Shown in pieces: positions 13,944 to 27,585 of a stretch of DNA of 64,000 nt. The notes under the pieces are model-generated. The model ran no database searches. It was not told the DNA's origin and saw nothing but the letters and a program-made list of their open reading frames with translations. The stretch covers positions 1,612,001 through 1,676,000 of the forward strand of contig CM039002.1 in the NCBI GenBank assembly GCA_017499595.2. Reading direction: 5' to 3'. The DNA comes from Psilocybe cubensis. Lineage: Eukaryota. Every line of letters begins with the position of its first letter. Position 1 is the first letter of the stretch. Position numbers and translations under genes: made by a program.

Positions 13944-15974
13944 ATGACAGAATCATCTTCTCTCTCTCCTATATCTGAATCATCTTCATCCAACGAAACA
14001 AGAATTAGATCCACCAAGGTTTCTATATTTCTTATGTGATGGAAAGGACATACATTCATCCCATTCACAGCGTAAACTCGACGATGCTTTCCAAGTCTTG
14101 GACAGTGCGGTGTCCCCAAGTCGCGCACTAGACGGACCGCCCCCACCAAAAAGAAGCAACACAATACGTTCTTTGTACTCAACCCTTTCGAAGTATGGCA
14201 TCAAGTCAGGAACTGCTCCGAACAAGAGGCATGCCTACTTAAATCCCTTTCATCACTGGAAAGTACTAATGCACACTCAGTTTCGGTATCCCGAACGCGA
14301 AGAGTACACCACATTTAACCGCTATACTATCACGAGCTGCATCAAAGACTAAAAGCACGTTTACATTCAAGTTCTCGGCGCCAACACCTACCCCAGGGCC
14401 TGTTCTCCCTCCCACTGCTGAATACAGGCCTTCATCTCTTACATCATTTCTTTCTCGTCTTGCAACATTCAAACTCGCTACGTACGCGAACAAACCCTCT
14501 GCAATTGATGCTGTAGCTGCATCGAAATGTGGCTGGGTAAATGACGGCAAAGACCGTCTAGTCTGTGGTCTGTGCAATGCGTCATGGGTCCTAGCAGGCA
14601 GGGAAGGGTTGAGCCGTGATGCTGGTAAGAAAGGTGCGTTAAAGAAGTAGCTTGGGCTAACATTTTGCTTCAGCAAACAGCCTCATTGAAAAGCAGAGAA
14701 TTGGCTTGGTTGAGTCTCATAAGGCGGGATGCCCTTGGAGAACACGTCAATGCGATGGTGAATACTTTTTTTCATTCTATGCGCAATACGCATTAATCTC
14801 CTGCAGAATCTATTTACTGTGTTCCATTGAGCTCTCCTACAATGATGATTAAAGATATTAAGACCAAAGCAATCGCGATGGATCAACTTATCAAAGACAT
14901 TTCAATTAAACACCCTCTGGTATGGGCAGTAATTTCCAGCGCTTGGATTGTGGTTTAACTTGCTTTGCAGACAGCATCACAACTCAGCTCTCTTCGCGCT
15001 GCTGTTATTTCCTATACCCTGCCGGTCAACGAATCCTCAGAAAGTACAAACGAACAAGAGGTCCAACCGCCACCGCCGCCATCAGAACCTTCAGACAATG
15101 CCATGCTCGCGTCACTATTTGGCTGGAATCTTGTCTCACCATCTCTTCCTGAACCACCCCGTCGTGTATCCCTTTCTCGTGCCAATTCAAGCGTGCCTTC
15201 TGTGCCTGCTAGCCCAGCTCTATCACGCGCCTCCTCTGTGTCTCTTCCCCAAACACCACCACCAAAGCGCCCAAGACAATCTATATCTACTGATATTGCT
15301 TTACGATTACCCATTAATCTTAATAAGGCGGAAAACGCACTGCTTCAGTGCGATTTGTGTCAAAGGCGAATTGGGCTTTGGGCCTTTTCATTGCGGAGTA
15401 CAGAGGACGACGCAAATATGAACATCGGCTCGCCGTCGAGTCAGCAGGCATCTGATGATGTAAACAACACACCAGGGCCAGTGTCGCGTCCCAAAAAACC
15501 GCTGCCGCGACGGTCTTTGGACTTGCTCAAAGAGCATCGCTCATACTGTCCTTACGTTGTTCGGTCGACTGTGGTTCCCACTTTCCCTAATTCTCAGACC
15601 CCCTCGACGCCAGGAAAATCTTCTGTCGCTTCATCAAATGGACATGGATCCAGCCTATCGCTGTCCCAGTTCAATTCGCGTAATGGGGTGCCTGGAGCAC
15701 TAGAAGGTTGGAGAGCTGTCTTGACTGTCGTTCTACGGTATGGGATGGTGCAAAAACAAAGGATTGAATATTCTTTCCTTGCCCCGAAGGATTCTACTGA
15801 AGAATCTGGGGATAATTCGGACAAGATGGACGTGGACAACGTTAAGGCTATGGTCACTGGTGTGAAAACCCGGGGTGTAAGTTTGGTTCTGTCAATCTAT
15901 GCATGCTTCTTTGTTGCTAATAACAATTATAGGGGAAAGATCTTCTTAAATACGTGAAGGGACTCCTCGGGTGA
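13944..15974 (+). CDS. C3HC zinc finger / Rsm1-like (NIPA/Pml39 family) protein, multi-exon
   Basis: Spliced SFLSRLATFK...KCGW...LVCGLC...HKAGCPW (zf-C3HC) and a second module CDLCQRRIGLW...EHRSYCPY; ends GKDLLKYVKGLLG*. Confidence 0.85.
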
Positions 15975-16037
15975 CTGACTTTTAGATGTATGTATGTATG
16001 TGTACTTGATGGGGCAGGGTATTGCAGCATTTCGCGG

Positions 16038-18599
16038 CTAGCTCTGGCGTGTATACACCTCTTTCAGGTTGTTGAGAGCGGCCTAAAACAACGATTAGCT
16101 AACCGCTATAGCAAAACTGAATATGCAAAGTTACTTCATAATGCGGCAAAAGCGGGGCCAAATCTTTCGCGTTGATCCTGACCCTTTTGACCAATTCCAA
16201 GTGACCTGCATTCTTCAGCATCTGCTTGAAATACCGCGCCTAATCGTATTTCTTTAGTTATATATACCCAGCTTACGCGAAAGAATTTTACGACATACCT
16301 CCTGCTGTTCAACTAAAGTCCAAGCATCTCCTGTTCTCCCAGCACGCGCCGTCCTCCCGACGCGGTGCACGTACTTGCGCATGTCTACAGGCACATCGTA
16401 ACTGACGACGTGAGATACATGACTGATATCTATCCCACGGGATATCAAGTCAGAACACACAAGTCTGGCGTCATACAATGTCAACAAAGGCGTTCCTATC
16501 TCAATTGAACGAAACAAAACTAAAGGAACTGACATGTTAATTTTCTGTTCCTTGAACTGTTCAAGTATAGACTTTCGTTCCTGGCTCGGCAGATCACTCG
16601 AATAAGCGCGCAGAACAAGAGGTGCTGAAGATTCATTATCTGTTCGCTTGGCCTCGAAAAATTCGAAAAGGCGTACGAGACGGATGGTGGATTCAGTAGA
16701 TTTGGTGAAGACGAGAGCGTTGGTGATATTTTGCGTGTGAACAAGGTGGAAAAAGACTAGTGGTTTTTCTGAAGGGTCGGAAACAATCATATGTTCCTGA
16801 ACAGGACAAAATAGAATAAGCATTGTGTGCTATGTTCTGACCGAGAACACGCACATTTAGGGTCGCGGGCATTGAGAATTTCTCGGTAACGACGTCCAAT
16901 AAGTTCGACTCCGTATGATTCGCGTCACTTCCTTGTACGATAAAATATTTAGGGTTTCTCAATTCCAATGTGGATATTTTTCCCGGATCTCGAGTAAGCG
17001 TTGCAGAAAAGAGTAGTTTTTGGCAGGATGTTGATCTATGTTCGGTGAAGAAGGACGGCATAGAATATGATGTAAGATTACCCAAAACTGTGGGAGAGAG
17101 ACCATCTGGAAGTAAAGAATCCAACGGGTGTAATTGCGGGACCATTACATTTTGTTCGGATTCGGATTGTGGTTGTTGGGCGACCAATGTGGTAGGCCGT
17201 ACGCGAGTCGCTGCCAGAACTTGAGCAAGCCAGCCTTGAAATGATTGTGCAAGTAACCTGTCGGCCTCATCAACAACCTGATAGTAATGAGTGCCACGAA
17301 AGCAACGCCATCAAGGTGCTGAAACCCACCAAAAATCGAAGATGTTGCAAGGAAAAATTTGGCGTTCCAACTAGGTGATCTATCAGTCTTCCAGGGGTGC
17401 AAATCAAGATATCAACTTTGCTTGATCCACCCAACAAACTGCCAAGCACTGAATTCATTTCTAAATGGTGGGTGTAAAAAAACATACTCGATATTTTTAT
17501 CTTGAACTAGTTGGGATTGCTCATGGGCAAAAGAATGCTGACCAGTGGCAGTTCCAACCTATCCAAAGAATAATCAAATTGTCGCTATGCCTTAGCAATC
17601 ACAACTTACTTTCAATTTAGTTCCTTTACTCAGAACCTCAATTGTCTCCCTTACCTGAGCCACCAGGTCGCGTGTAGGTAACACAATCAAAGCTCGTAAA
17701 CGAGTAACAACTCGGGAAGAAAGGGTCTAAAGACATCAGACGCATTGAAGTAGTGTTTACGCAAAATAATGCACACCTCGATGATAGGTAATACGTATGC
17801 CAAAGTCTTACCGCTCCCAGTGGGCGCAGATACGCAGACATCTCGAGGAGGACTGTAGGGAAGATACAAACTGTGTTGCTGCGACGGTAGCAGAAAGGGT
17901 AGAAGGGCCGTTTGCACTGCACGATGTCAGTTATTCAAAACAGCTTATGAAATTGGATAGGCGACGTACCAGCAAATAACTCGGTGATGCCAATGTCTCT
18001 CAGCCGCATCCTCGTTCGTTCAGAGAGGCGCGTGCCTCCATCGTCCTTCCCGATGGGTATGGGCAACACAGTGGTTGGTGAGACCCATTCAGCACCGATC
18101 AATGCCTGGTCTAATCCTTGAAGAGCGAGGTCGGATTTTGAGGGTGCATTCGGTAGCGCAGGTAGGGGAAATGAAGGTAAAGCCGAGACTAGCTCTGGCG
18201 ATTGGCTTCTGCGGCTAGGAGAAATATCTCGTTCCTCCGTTGCCATTAAAACATCTTCATCTTCCTGATCTTCCTCTCGTGAACGTTTTTTCGACCGCTG
18301 AAGGGTTTTTTCTTGGATTAGACCGTTCCTTTCTTCTGGCAGAGTTAAAGAAATGCTCTTAGGTGCATCTTCCATTTCTTCATCTTCGGATTCGTCTTTA
18401 TCGTCACCTTTACTTTTGAGAGATGATTTTGTTCTGATCTTTCTCCGTTCTTTCTTGCGCTTCAGATACCTTTGCTTCGATTTTGTTTTCTCCTGGTATT
18501 CTGGAGTAAGATTTATATATCATAACGCAATGAATAACGTGCAAGTCATTGACTCACTTTGGTGATTGGTGCGACATTGGCACTAGCTGTTCCCGACAT
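16038..18599 (-). CDS. DBP6: DEAD-box RNA helicase, DBP6/DDX51 type, multi-exon
   Basis: RDVCVSAPTGSGKTLAY, PTRDL, SKVDILICTPGRLIDH, DEADRLL, QKLLFSATL, CSDLISRGID, YVHRVGRTARAG. Confidence 0.9.
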
Positions 18600-18808
18600 A
18601 TTAAGAGCCAAGAAAGTGGCTTGCTAGTAGATTTATAGAGAGTATACACGGACGTCTATTACTTGGTTGATTATGGAAATGATCGAAACCCACAAACTGA
18701 AGCAATTGTGGCTGTGCCATAAATTGATCTCAGCCGCCTCCTAATGTTATCATCACAAACGTATGTACGACACACTGTCAACCGATTCAAGCGTCACATT
18801 CGTCCACC

Positions 18809-19363
18809 ATGCCATGGTCTGAAGCTATTATTGAACAGTTTGCAATTGTCGACTTTGATACTACTGAAGAAAGAGACTTTTATGGTCCATTCAACTCACT
18901 TCTGGTCGACATTTTCCCCAGCTCAGAACATTACCAAGTCTCCCCACAGCCCAAGCTCAACGACGGGACACTAGACCTCGCTGTTCAATTTATTGTATAT
19001 CACCGTGCCACTCCAATTTTTTTCCTAGATATCAAAGCATTTCGCTCCCTTACCCTGTCATCCACCCGTGCCAGTGCAGACGATCAAATGCGCCAGACAT
19101 TTCGCCACTTTTCTTCGGCGACAATCCCGTCAGCCACATTCTATGGTCTCAGTGCATTCGGTCCGCAGTTCTGTGTTTATTCGTTGGACACCGTTACTCG
19201 CAGTATCGATCCGCCAGGAGTTGCTCGCGATTTGACAATAGTCAACGACATAGCACCTGAGAATCGATGGGCATACAATTTATTCGAACCCTCTGGGGAG
19301 GCCAAATTGCGAGAGGTTGTGAATGCAGTTAAAGAAATGACAAAAAATTGTGATAACTCCTAA
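18809..19363 (+). CDS. Intronless 184-aa hypothetical protein, possible PD-(D/E)xK-like fold
   Basis: Clean ATG-to-TAA ORF with CCACCATG context; globular composition; D...FFLDIK motif; resembles a recurrent Agaricomycete hypothetical family (from recall, not searched). Confidence 0.7.
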   Translation: MPWSEAIIEQFAIVDFDTTEERDFYGPFNSLLVDIFPSSEHYQVSPQPKLNDGTLDLAVQFIVYHRATPIFFLDIKAFRSLTLSSTRASADDQMRQTFRHFSSATIPSATFYGLSAFGPQFCVYSLDTVTRSIDPPGVARDLTIVNDIAPENRWAYNLFEPSGEAKLREVVNAVKEMTKNCDNS

Positions 19364-19447
19364 ATTGACATGATCCCGAATGCGTACAAAAGTTATATTC
19401 TACGAGTCAGGCGCAGACATCTACGTGTATCTACAGTCCTTCTACAA

Positions 19448-22400
19448 TCAGGCGAGGAAATCTTTTTCTGTGATACTGCTATTGTCACAGAGAGCACGGA
19501 AAATCCCATCTGCGTTTTGAAACAAAGAAAGGGGGGTATCAAATTCCTTCAGATGTAAGTGGTCAGTGTGTCATGTGTTGCAGGCAGAGCGATGCCGATG
19601 CACTAACCACTATATTTCCGCTATCAAGAACCAAAATCCGGTCGTAGTTGAGAATTGTTCTTAGTCGATCTAAAGCAGGGTCGTGAATATAAAACATTCA
19701 CGATACGATAAACACTTACGGGCAATGCATATCAATGTCCTGTCTTTAAACTCTGTTTGAATAGTATGTTGGATCTTTTTGTCCGTTTCTAGATCGACTG
19801 ATGCACTGCAAGAAGTCAGATGAATTCAGAAAAAATATTGTTAAATAACGTACGTAGCTTCATCTAAAATAACGACTTTTGTTTCCCTGACAAGGGCACG
19901 AGCAAGGCTGAGAAGAGAACGTTGGCCAACACTGAGGTTTGATCCTTCTGATTCCAGCACGGTATCGAGACTGATTCGCCCTGTGGCTGTAGCGGACTCT
20001 TCGCTCTCTTCACCAGATGATCGAGTTTTGGTATCTTCCACTAGGAATGATCGACGAAGTGCATCCCATAAGTGGGCGTCATCATACAAGGAAAATGGGT
20101 CCAGTGCAGTTCTCACAGTGCCTGATGCATAAAGTGAGTAAAAATTGCTGTTGCAAGTCAGCCTCTTACCGCTGAATATTGTTGGCTGGTCATGAAATGA
20201 AATATTCTAAGAAATAGCTCTGGCTAAGATCGAGACGCGCTACTTACCTCTTGCGGAATTATTGCAATTTTGGTGCGCAGGTCTTTCAACCCAATCTTTG
20301 AAATGTCAACACTGAACCGTCCCATTATACTTTAACCATATTTTGGTATGACAGAGCTTAAACAACTGACCCATCGATAGTGATTTTGCCGACATATTCA
20401 ACAATGCGTAAAAGGGCCAAGGTTATGGACGATTTTCCAGCGCCAGTTCGTCCAACGATGCCAATTTTCTCACCTCCCCGAATTGACATGGATATTCCAT
20501 GAAGAACATTTGGAAGGCCAGGGCGATACTTCATAGAGAGGTCCTTAAACTCTATTGCACCTTTTTGTGGCCATTCGGCTGGAGGTTTGTTTTCAGGGAT
20601 CTCGTGGGGGGCTTCTTGCCTCATGACGTCGGTTTGACTGTAGTGGACGACTGCAGAAGGGCGTAAACTACTGATAAACGGGTTGAAATTGAGGCGTACT
20701 TCTCTCTACTGAATTTAGATAGTTCTATAGCCAGCATTAGCAACTAATATGCCATAAAACACGAATGACGTACTTCAACTTCCGCGGTTTGTCGGGTCAG
20801 CATCCCACAGGCTTGTGTGAGTGAAGCTGTAAAAGGTATTACGCTCAGCAATGTCGAGTGAGATGATATCAAAAGTACGCATACTTGTGTAAGTTAGAAT
20901 CAACCCCACCTGGGCCGCCGATGATCCCGATGCTCCAGTTACAGCAAATATAGCAACCTGAGCCATGCGATTCAGGACGAATTATATTCGTATTAAAATC
21001 AGGGAGACACACAAAAAAGACAAGCAAAGCTCCACAAAAGTCCAGACGTATGGAAAGCCACCTGACAAGGAAATAAGTTCGAACCAATATTGTGTTTCAA
21101 TTCAATGGTCCTCACCTTTGGTTGCTCACGGTTAGTATCAATGCGCGGTTCTCAAGGTCGATATAATACGCATTTTCCTTCAGAAAACGTGGAATCTCTC
21201 CGTATGTGCGCAAAGTTGATAGGCCTTCAAGTCCAAATAAACGTTAGGCAATACTATGATTCGGTAACGCATTGACTGTCACTGACCTGTCAACGATTCT
21301 GAGAAATGAGAGTATAGCAAAGATCGTAACATGGAATCTGTGCATTGCGTCTGGTCAACACTTCTACATAGTAGGGATAATACATAGATGATACCTAAAC
21401 GTTTCACTTCTCTTGCACTTGCACGATAGAAAGCAGCAAAATATTGGTAACCAAGCGATATCACAATTGCTGCAATGACTACAGAAAGGTCCAATCCCGT
21501 GAGATCGATTTCAATATTACGGTCGAAAAATAGCACTAACTGAAGTAATGTTCGACGACGGTGATGATAACCACAGATCCGAGAACATTGGAGACGGTCA
21601 AAGTAACTAGAAGCTGGGATGAGAATGACGTTTCATTTTGCAAGGTGTCAATGACGTACGCATTCGTAAAGACACTGAGCACACATCATTAGAAATGAAA
21701 TGTAATCAGAATAAATGAGTCTATACCTGGAAGTTGATTGTCGATGTCTGCAGAAGCTGTCAGTCAGCTTAGATCATGTAAAGCTTTTCCAGATGTACTG
21801 ACTATCAATATCTTTTCCAAAGACACCTATGATGCGTCCCATTGGCTATCACGTCAAACATGTAAGATTGAGCATGTATATGGTTCGAAGCTTCTTACAG
21901 TGGTATCGAAGAACGCCATGGGGGCATAAAAAATATTTGTTATCCCTTCATGGTGAAGATTTTGAGAAACAAAGTAGGAAAAAATATCAGTGCAGCAGCC
22001 CCTGCATTCAAATACGTTTCAATTCTTCAAAATAGCACCGAAGCCAAACTGCTTACGATAAAAACGTTGAGATAGCCTGCGAAATTCCCAGGATGGCATA
22101 CAGTGTTTGGTAGAAAGAAAATGCTCGGTGGAATGAACTAGGCAAAGTCGATTAGATCAATATTGACAGCTACAATTACAGGCCCACCAGAAAACTCACT
22201 TCGCTTGCCACCAGACCAGCGTGTAAGAACTGGTGAGTTGGCTACCTTGCATCATAAGGACGGACAAAACTAAGATAGGGGCAGTAAACCATCCTCGCCC
22301 TGCTACAAACCATGCCTTGTATACTGCCAGAGAGTGTTAGTCTGACGCCCAAGTTCAATGACACCAACTGGAAGCAATAAAGCATACCGGCTTTTGAAAT

Positions 22401-25400
22401 GGAGCCCGTAGAACGCTGTTCTTTCACAATGAGTTTCCCCTCCAGTTTACCGGTTCCAGCACCACGACGATTTGAAGAAGTTAATTGCTGCATAATATCT
22501 TCCTTATTCGCTTCGACCTTTTGTGTCTCTTGGTCTGAGGTTTGCTCCGTTTCATTTCCACCGAACTCCTTGTCAAGTCTAGCGAATTCGCCATTAGCTT
22601 GAATGAGTTCTTCGTATGTTCCTTTCTCGGCCACCCGGCCGTCGCGAAGCGTGTAGATATAGTCGCATTGGGACAGAAAATGCAAGGCATGGGTGACGAA
22701 AATCACAGTTTTCCCCTCATTGCGGAGAGCGCCAAGTATAGCATCATGGAACAGGGCCTTTCCAACATGGGCATCGACTGGTTGTACAATTTTTGAGTCA
22801 TTGTCCTTCAAAAAGAGAATCGTAGACTAACCTGCAGATAAAGGGTCATCCATTATTACGACATCTGCGTCGTAGTAAAGAGCCCTGGCGACATTAATCT
22901 ACAAAATCATAATAAGATATCAAGATAGAGACAATTGGCAAAACGCCAAACCCTTTGTTTTTGACCACCACTAAGGTTAACTCCCTTTTCACCGATCTGT
23001 TTGATTTGAAGATTTGAAAGATGTTAAACGTTAAAGTTGAACAAAGCACTTGCCTCTGTTAAGTCACCATCGGCCAGCAATTGTAGATCATGAAGAAGAG
23101 ATGCCTGTTCGATGACCTTCCAGTACCTTTCTTCGTTAAATGGCTGTCCGAAGATGATGTTATCTCGCTGAGTATCGTTAGCGAGGCTATTAGGCGGAAT
23201 GCACAAACCGGCTTACAACAGAAGCGTTTTGGATCCATGCAGTCTGTGGACAGTAGGCCACTCGTCCACCGAAAGCGACAGTGCCAGATACCTTCCTCAT
23301 CTCTCCGATGAGACCCAAAAGTAAACTAGATTTCCCTGAACCAACGCGGCCGACTACTGCCACCAGAGACCCGCGAGGTACGTGCATATCGATATCTTCG
23401 ACTCTAAAGGGTGTCAATGATTGGTGCGGTACTGCAGCATCTTGGTTTGAAAGAGATTCTTCCCATTCAAATGTGGCTTTTTCCACTCGGACTGCCCATT
23501 TCAATCCATGGTCCACAAACAAGCTGTCAAAATCCCGAGTTTCTGCATTGAAAACGCGACGAAGCCGAGAAATGGCACTTCGAGCGTCCGATGTAGCAGA
23601 AAGCGCTCTTGGAAGGAACATCATTGGCTGACGTAGAAGCTATTCGCCGATTGTCAACAAGATCCTACGGTGCGGATGTTCGATGAATACCTGGAATAAA
23701 CTAAGAGACGCAAAAATTATGGCAACGTCAAAGCCAGGTTTTACATGAGTATAGGTAACGAATGCAAGCGTAGCTGCGAGAACTGGGATAGAAAATGCAA
23801 ATGCCACGCTGTCGCAAGGTCTCAGACTGAGCGCAGGGTAGAAGGCAGATGTACACACTTTGCAGACTGAGAAACGAGGATATTTTTGACACCTCGAAGT
23901 TCATTTCTTCTAATTGTGTAAATGCCTGTAACATTATGAAAACACTAGTGCTTTCATCACAAAAGGTTGATACTCTTACGATTGAGGAAAGGCATCTCAT
24001 ATGAAAAGTATTTTACTACACGCATCGACCCTATTAATGATGCATCGTGAGTTACACACCTACGAAAGTCATCTCTGAATTATTGAGATCTTACCTAGCA
24101 CCTCAAGGAGGGTTTTAGCTCGCTGATCCGTGTATTTCATAGACCTCTTTCGAATTGAGAATTGCTGAGCCATGGCACGTTCTTGAAGAGGTGCAATTGC
24201 AAGGAAAAGACCAAAGCCAGCTAATGCTGAAGGCCCCAGCTATTGTGAAGTTAATTATCCTATAGCAAAACACAACTTGACGTGGCACCTACCTGAAACA
24301 GTAGGATTGTCAGACATACTGTGATTTGAATAGGTGCTGTCCAGGCTAAATACACGTAGTTAATAGCGAGAGCAAATTAAGACAGAGGGTGCTTACTGGC
24401 ATGCTGGTCATGGAGAAATAAGTTATATGATACTACGCAGCGACTAGGCAAAACGAATACTTACAAACCACTGTGCGCATGCGTCGATTCGACTGACCTA
24501 TTGCATATGGTTAATAAGTTCGATCTTTACATCTTGACCGCAGCAGTTGGGCGCTTACATCTGTTGAGATGTGATTTACGAGATCGGAGTTGGTTATCTG
24601 CGTTCTAGCCTTGCCAGTGAGAGTCACTCCTCGTTTATAGATAGATTTGATTAGGGCTGCACGGGCAAGCACGCCGGTCACCATCGAACGCCAAAAAAAC
24701 TGTATTTTTTATCAGAATATTTGCATAATGAGTATTCGAAGGAACACAAATGTACCTGATGTTGCCCTATACTGGCGGATATGGTGAGTAGGAAAAGGCC
24801 AATGGCCATTGCTATTCCGATTCCAACGTTAGGTTCTGGTAAGCCGTGTTCTCTTGCGGCCTCCCTCTTTTTCGCAAAATTGATGATGGCCTGGTATTTG
24901 ACTGTCAAAAATTAGTCCCGTCGACATAATCAACCATGGACTACCTTGATTACTATTGGGCCCATGAGTTGCGACGTGTCTCCAAAGACCTATTCAAGTA
25001 ATTTATCATTTTGAAAAACTTGTCAGGTATACGATGTGTGAAGACTTGCCTTGAACATCCCGCCTGTCCAGAAAAAAAGTCCTACGGTGTCATTGAGGGC
25101 AAGAGCTAAACTAGCAGTTTTCCTCCCGTCCACATCTCTCCATTTCTTTTCAAACTCTCTATATTTGTTCGTACAGTTTGTACCTGCAAAAATAGACCGA
25201 GAAACCCAAACAGAACGTCGAACAGGACCTGGGCCGATTATACCTCTGTCTAAATTGTCATTCCAGGCATCTGCTTCAGCTTTTCTTCGCGCCCAAGACT
25301 CATCAAGCTTTTTTGACAATGTCTCAGACGAATGAGATTCACCCAACTTCCACAAGTCGGTTGCTTGCAGAGTTCTTTGGTATCCAAGGGTCTAAATTGA

Positions 25401-25869
25401 AAAATTGTAAGGAAATAATTTGAGTTGGACAGTAAGTGGCGAAATAACCATCAATGGCGTAACCCAGGCGAACGTAAGGATGGACGGAATTGAAGCAGTA
25501 TAGAGTGGAATATCCTAAGATCCTGTTAGTTCTGCACCGTCATATAATCATGAAACTTGTACAGGTGCGTTTGATAATGAGCTCCGGGGCGGCGGCGGCA
25601 TTCCATTAGGAATCCTAGAAAGTGTTGTTAGTTGTTTAATGTGATGTAATATTTCTATGAGTAGCATACCATATTTTCCACCAACTCGTTCTGGATCTAA
25701 TTTGCACTTCGCCAAAATCAAGGTCGATCTTCACCTCGTCAGACGTATTTTGTTGTTGCTGGCCTTTTTCGTGGTGTAGAGAGGATTTTTCACTGACGGT
25801 GGTGGATTGAGAAGGTTCGCCTTTCTCGTCACCTAACCGGCCTTCGAAATTGCCGTTTCCTGAAGCCAT
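19448..25869 (-). CDS. Full-length ABCC/MRP (YOR1-like) ABC transporter, more than 25 exons
   Basis: NBD1 GRVGSGKSS, AYCPQTAWIQN, DLTE|IGEKGVNLSGGQKQR, MDDPLSA|VDAHVG; NBD2 GRTGAGKSS, NLSVGQRSLLSLARAL, LDEATASVD; two TM domains; N-terminal GYQRTLQATDLW. Confidence 0.93.
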
Positions 25870-27528
25870 TTCTAAGAAGCGACAACAGGTTTGGCCATGC
25901 AATGACCTCAGTTATATGGACCCGGGGAATACGGGACAGGGGGATTTCCCCTTGGACGGCCGAAAGGAACAAATTTCCAACATGACAGCATTCCTGGATA
26001 TTTCTGGCCCAGATATGCATAATTGTAAGATCGTGCGAGCCTTGAGCTCAAAATTAGAAAAAGTCGAACTAAAAGCAGAGCAGATAACACCTACCATGCA
26101 ATGCCGACCATACACAAATCTAAAATCAGAGACGGCTTTTCGGCTAAGCGGAAGGGTATCCGGTTTTGCTAATTGATACGGACATCCACTGGCATGTTGC
26201 ATCTGGCCCCGCAAGAGTAGCCAGAAGACCGTTGTCCTCGAATTTGACTAAAGATAATCATTACATCCTCTATAGCGCATTGTGGAGAGGGATTTCTGAC
26301 TGAAAGGAAGGGAAGTGTAGAGTTGAGTATGACCGCAAGCAGGGGTTTTGCGTGGATTAGAATTAATAGAAACGAAAGGAGAGCATCATGGAGTCAGGGT
26401 CAATGGCACCATATATACATACCTACGTCATGTCTCGTGATCTTCGTGGTCGCGCGACACGCATCGCGTCACAGGGACTCGAACTTGGTCTTCAATTCAC
26501 TATTAATTATTCGAGTTGATACATGAGTCTGCCATCTCGAATTGATTACTATTAGACATAACACTCTTCCACCTCGAGCTCAATAAAGGTTGTAACCATA
26601 ACAACGAGTCGGTGTCGAATGTGTCGAGACAGTCAGATGCCACTTTACGTTAGTATGGCCAAAACGCACCGTATCTCTTAAGCCCGTTCTGTTGATGAAA
26701 AAAAGGGCTACTCAATCGTAACGCCGGAATTGTGAGAGTCATATATGAAAGAACTGATTCGGCCATCCATGGATAGGAATGTAGCCGAAGCATACTGCAA
26801 TGATATCTTTCAAAAGGGAATTAAATTATTGGGCGATTGCGGAATATATGATTCGATGCCACGAGAATGTTACCAGGTCGCGTCAGGTCGCGTAATGTAG
26901 AACTACAACCTTTGCAAAAAACAAAAAAAAAACTATTGTTCCCAAGCGTCCTGAACCTGAAGAGACGACTCAATGCGACCTTTCGGTATTCTGCATACTC
27001 ATGCCCTCACTGATTCGACGTGTGAGTGATGTGCCTCTGTAGCGCAATATGTAGTTTTTCAGTCGGATGAAAACAGTACTCAGCACTTGGGTGACTGGAA
27101 CGAGATAAAGGGTTGGATGAGTCCCACTCGTGGTCATTGGTGATGCAAGGGATGATCATGGCACTGGCAGCGAGGCCGGCAAGTCCCCTTTGGTTGTTGA
27201 ACAATCAACGATTGTTCATCTACCTCAGTGTTAATTCTCACTCTGATGATGTCCCACACATCAGTCGCTAAAGGCAATCAAATCGACCAGACCCCAACCT
27301 GAAGCCCTCAGGCCAGCTCAGGCCTCAAGCCTCATGAGCTAAGTAACGACATGAGCGCGGGACGACGGAACGGGACTCTATTTTTGACTGCGACTTTGTC
27401 TGATGATTGGCAATGCTCGTCAACATTCTGAATTGGATGAAAGCTTGAAGGTATAGACTATAGAGGGGATAGACGGAAGAGATTGGTAAATCAGGAGCCG
27501 ACATAGTATCTGAGTGAGAGCTACAGAG

Positions 27529-27537
27529 ATCTGATAA
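27529..27537 (+). promoter_or_regulatory. ATCTGATAA: SreA/Sre1/Urbs1-type iron-repressor GATA motif
   Basis: Exact match to the ATCWGATAA consensus, ~50 nt upstream of the first NIS synthetase ATG. Confidence 0.55.
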
Positions 27538-27585
27538 AGGTTCGATACTTGATCACTCTTTGATCTTTCCTGTCCTGAACTCTCA

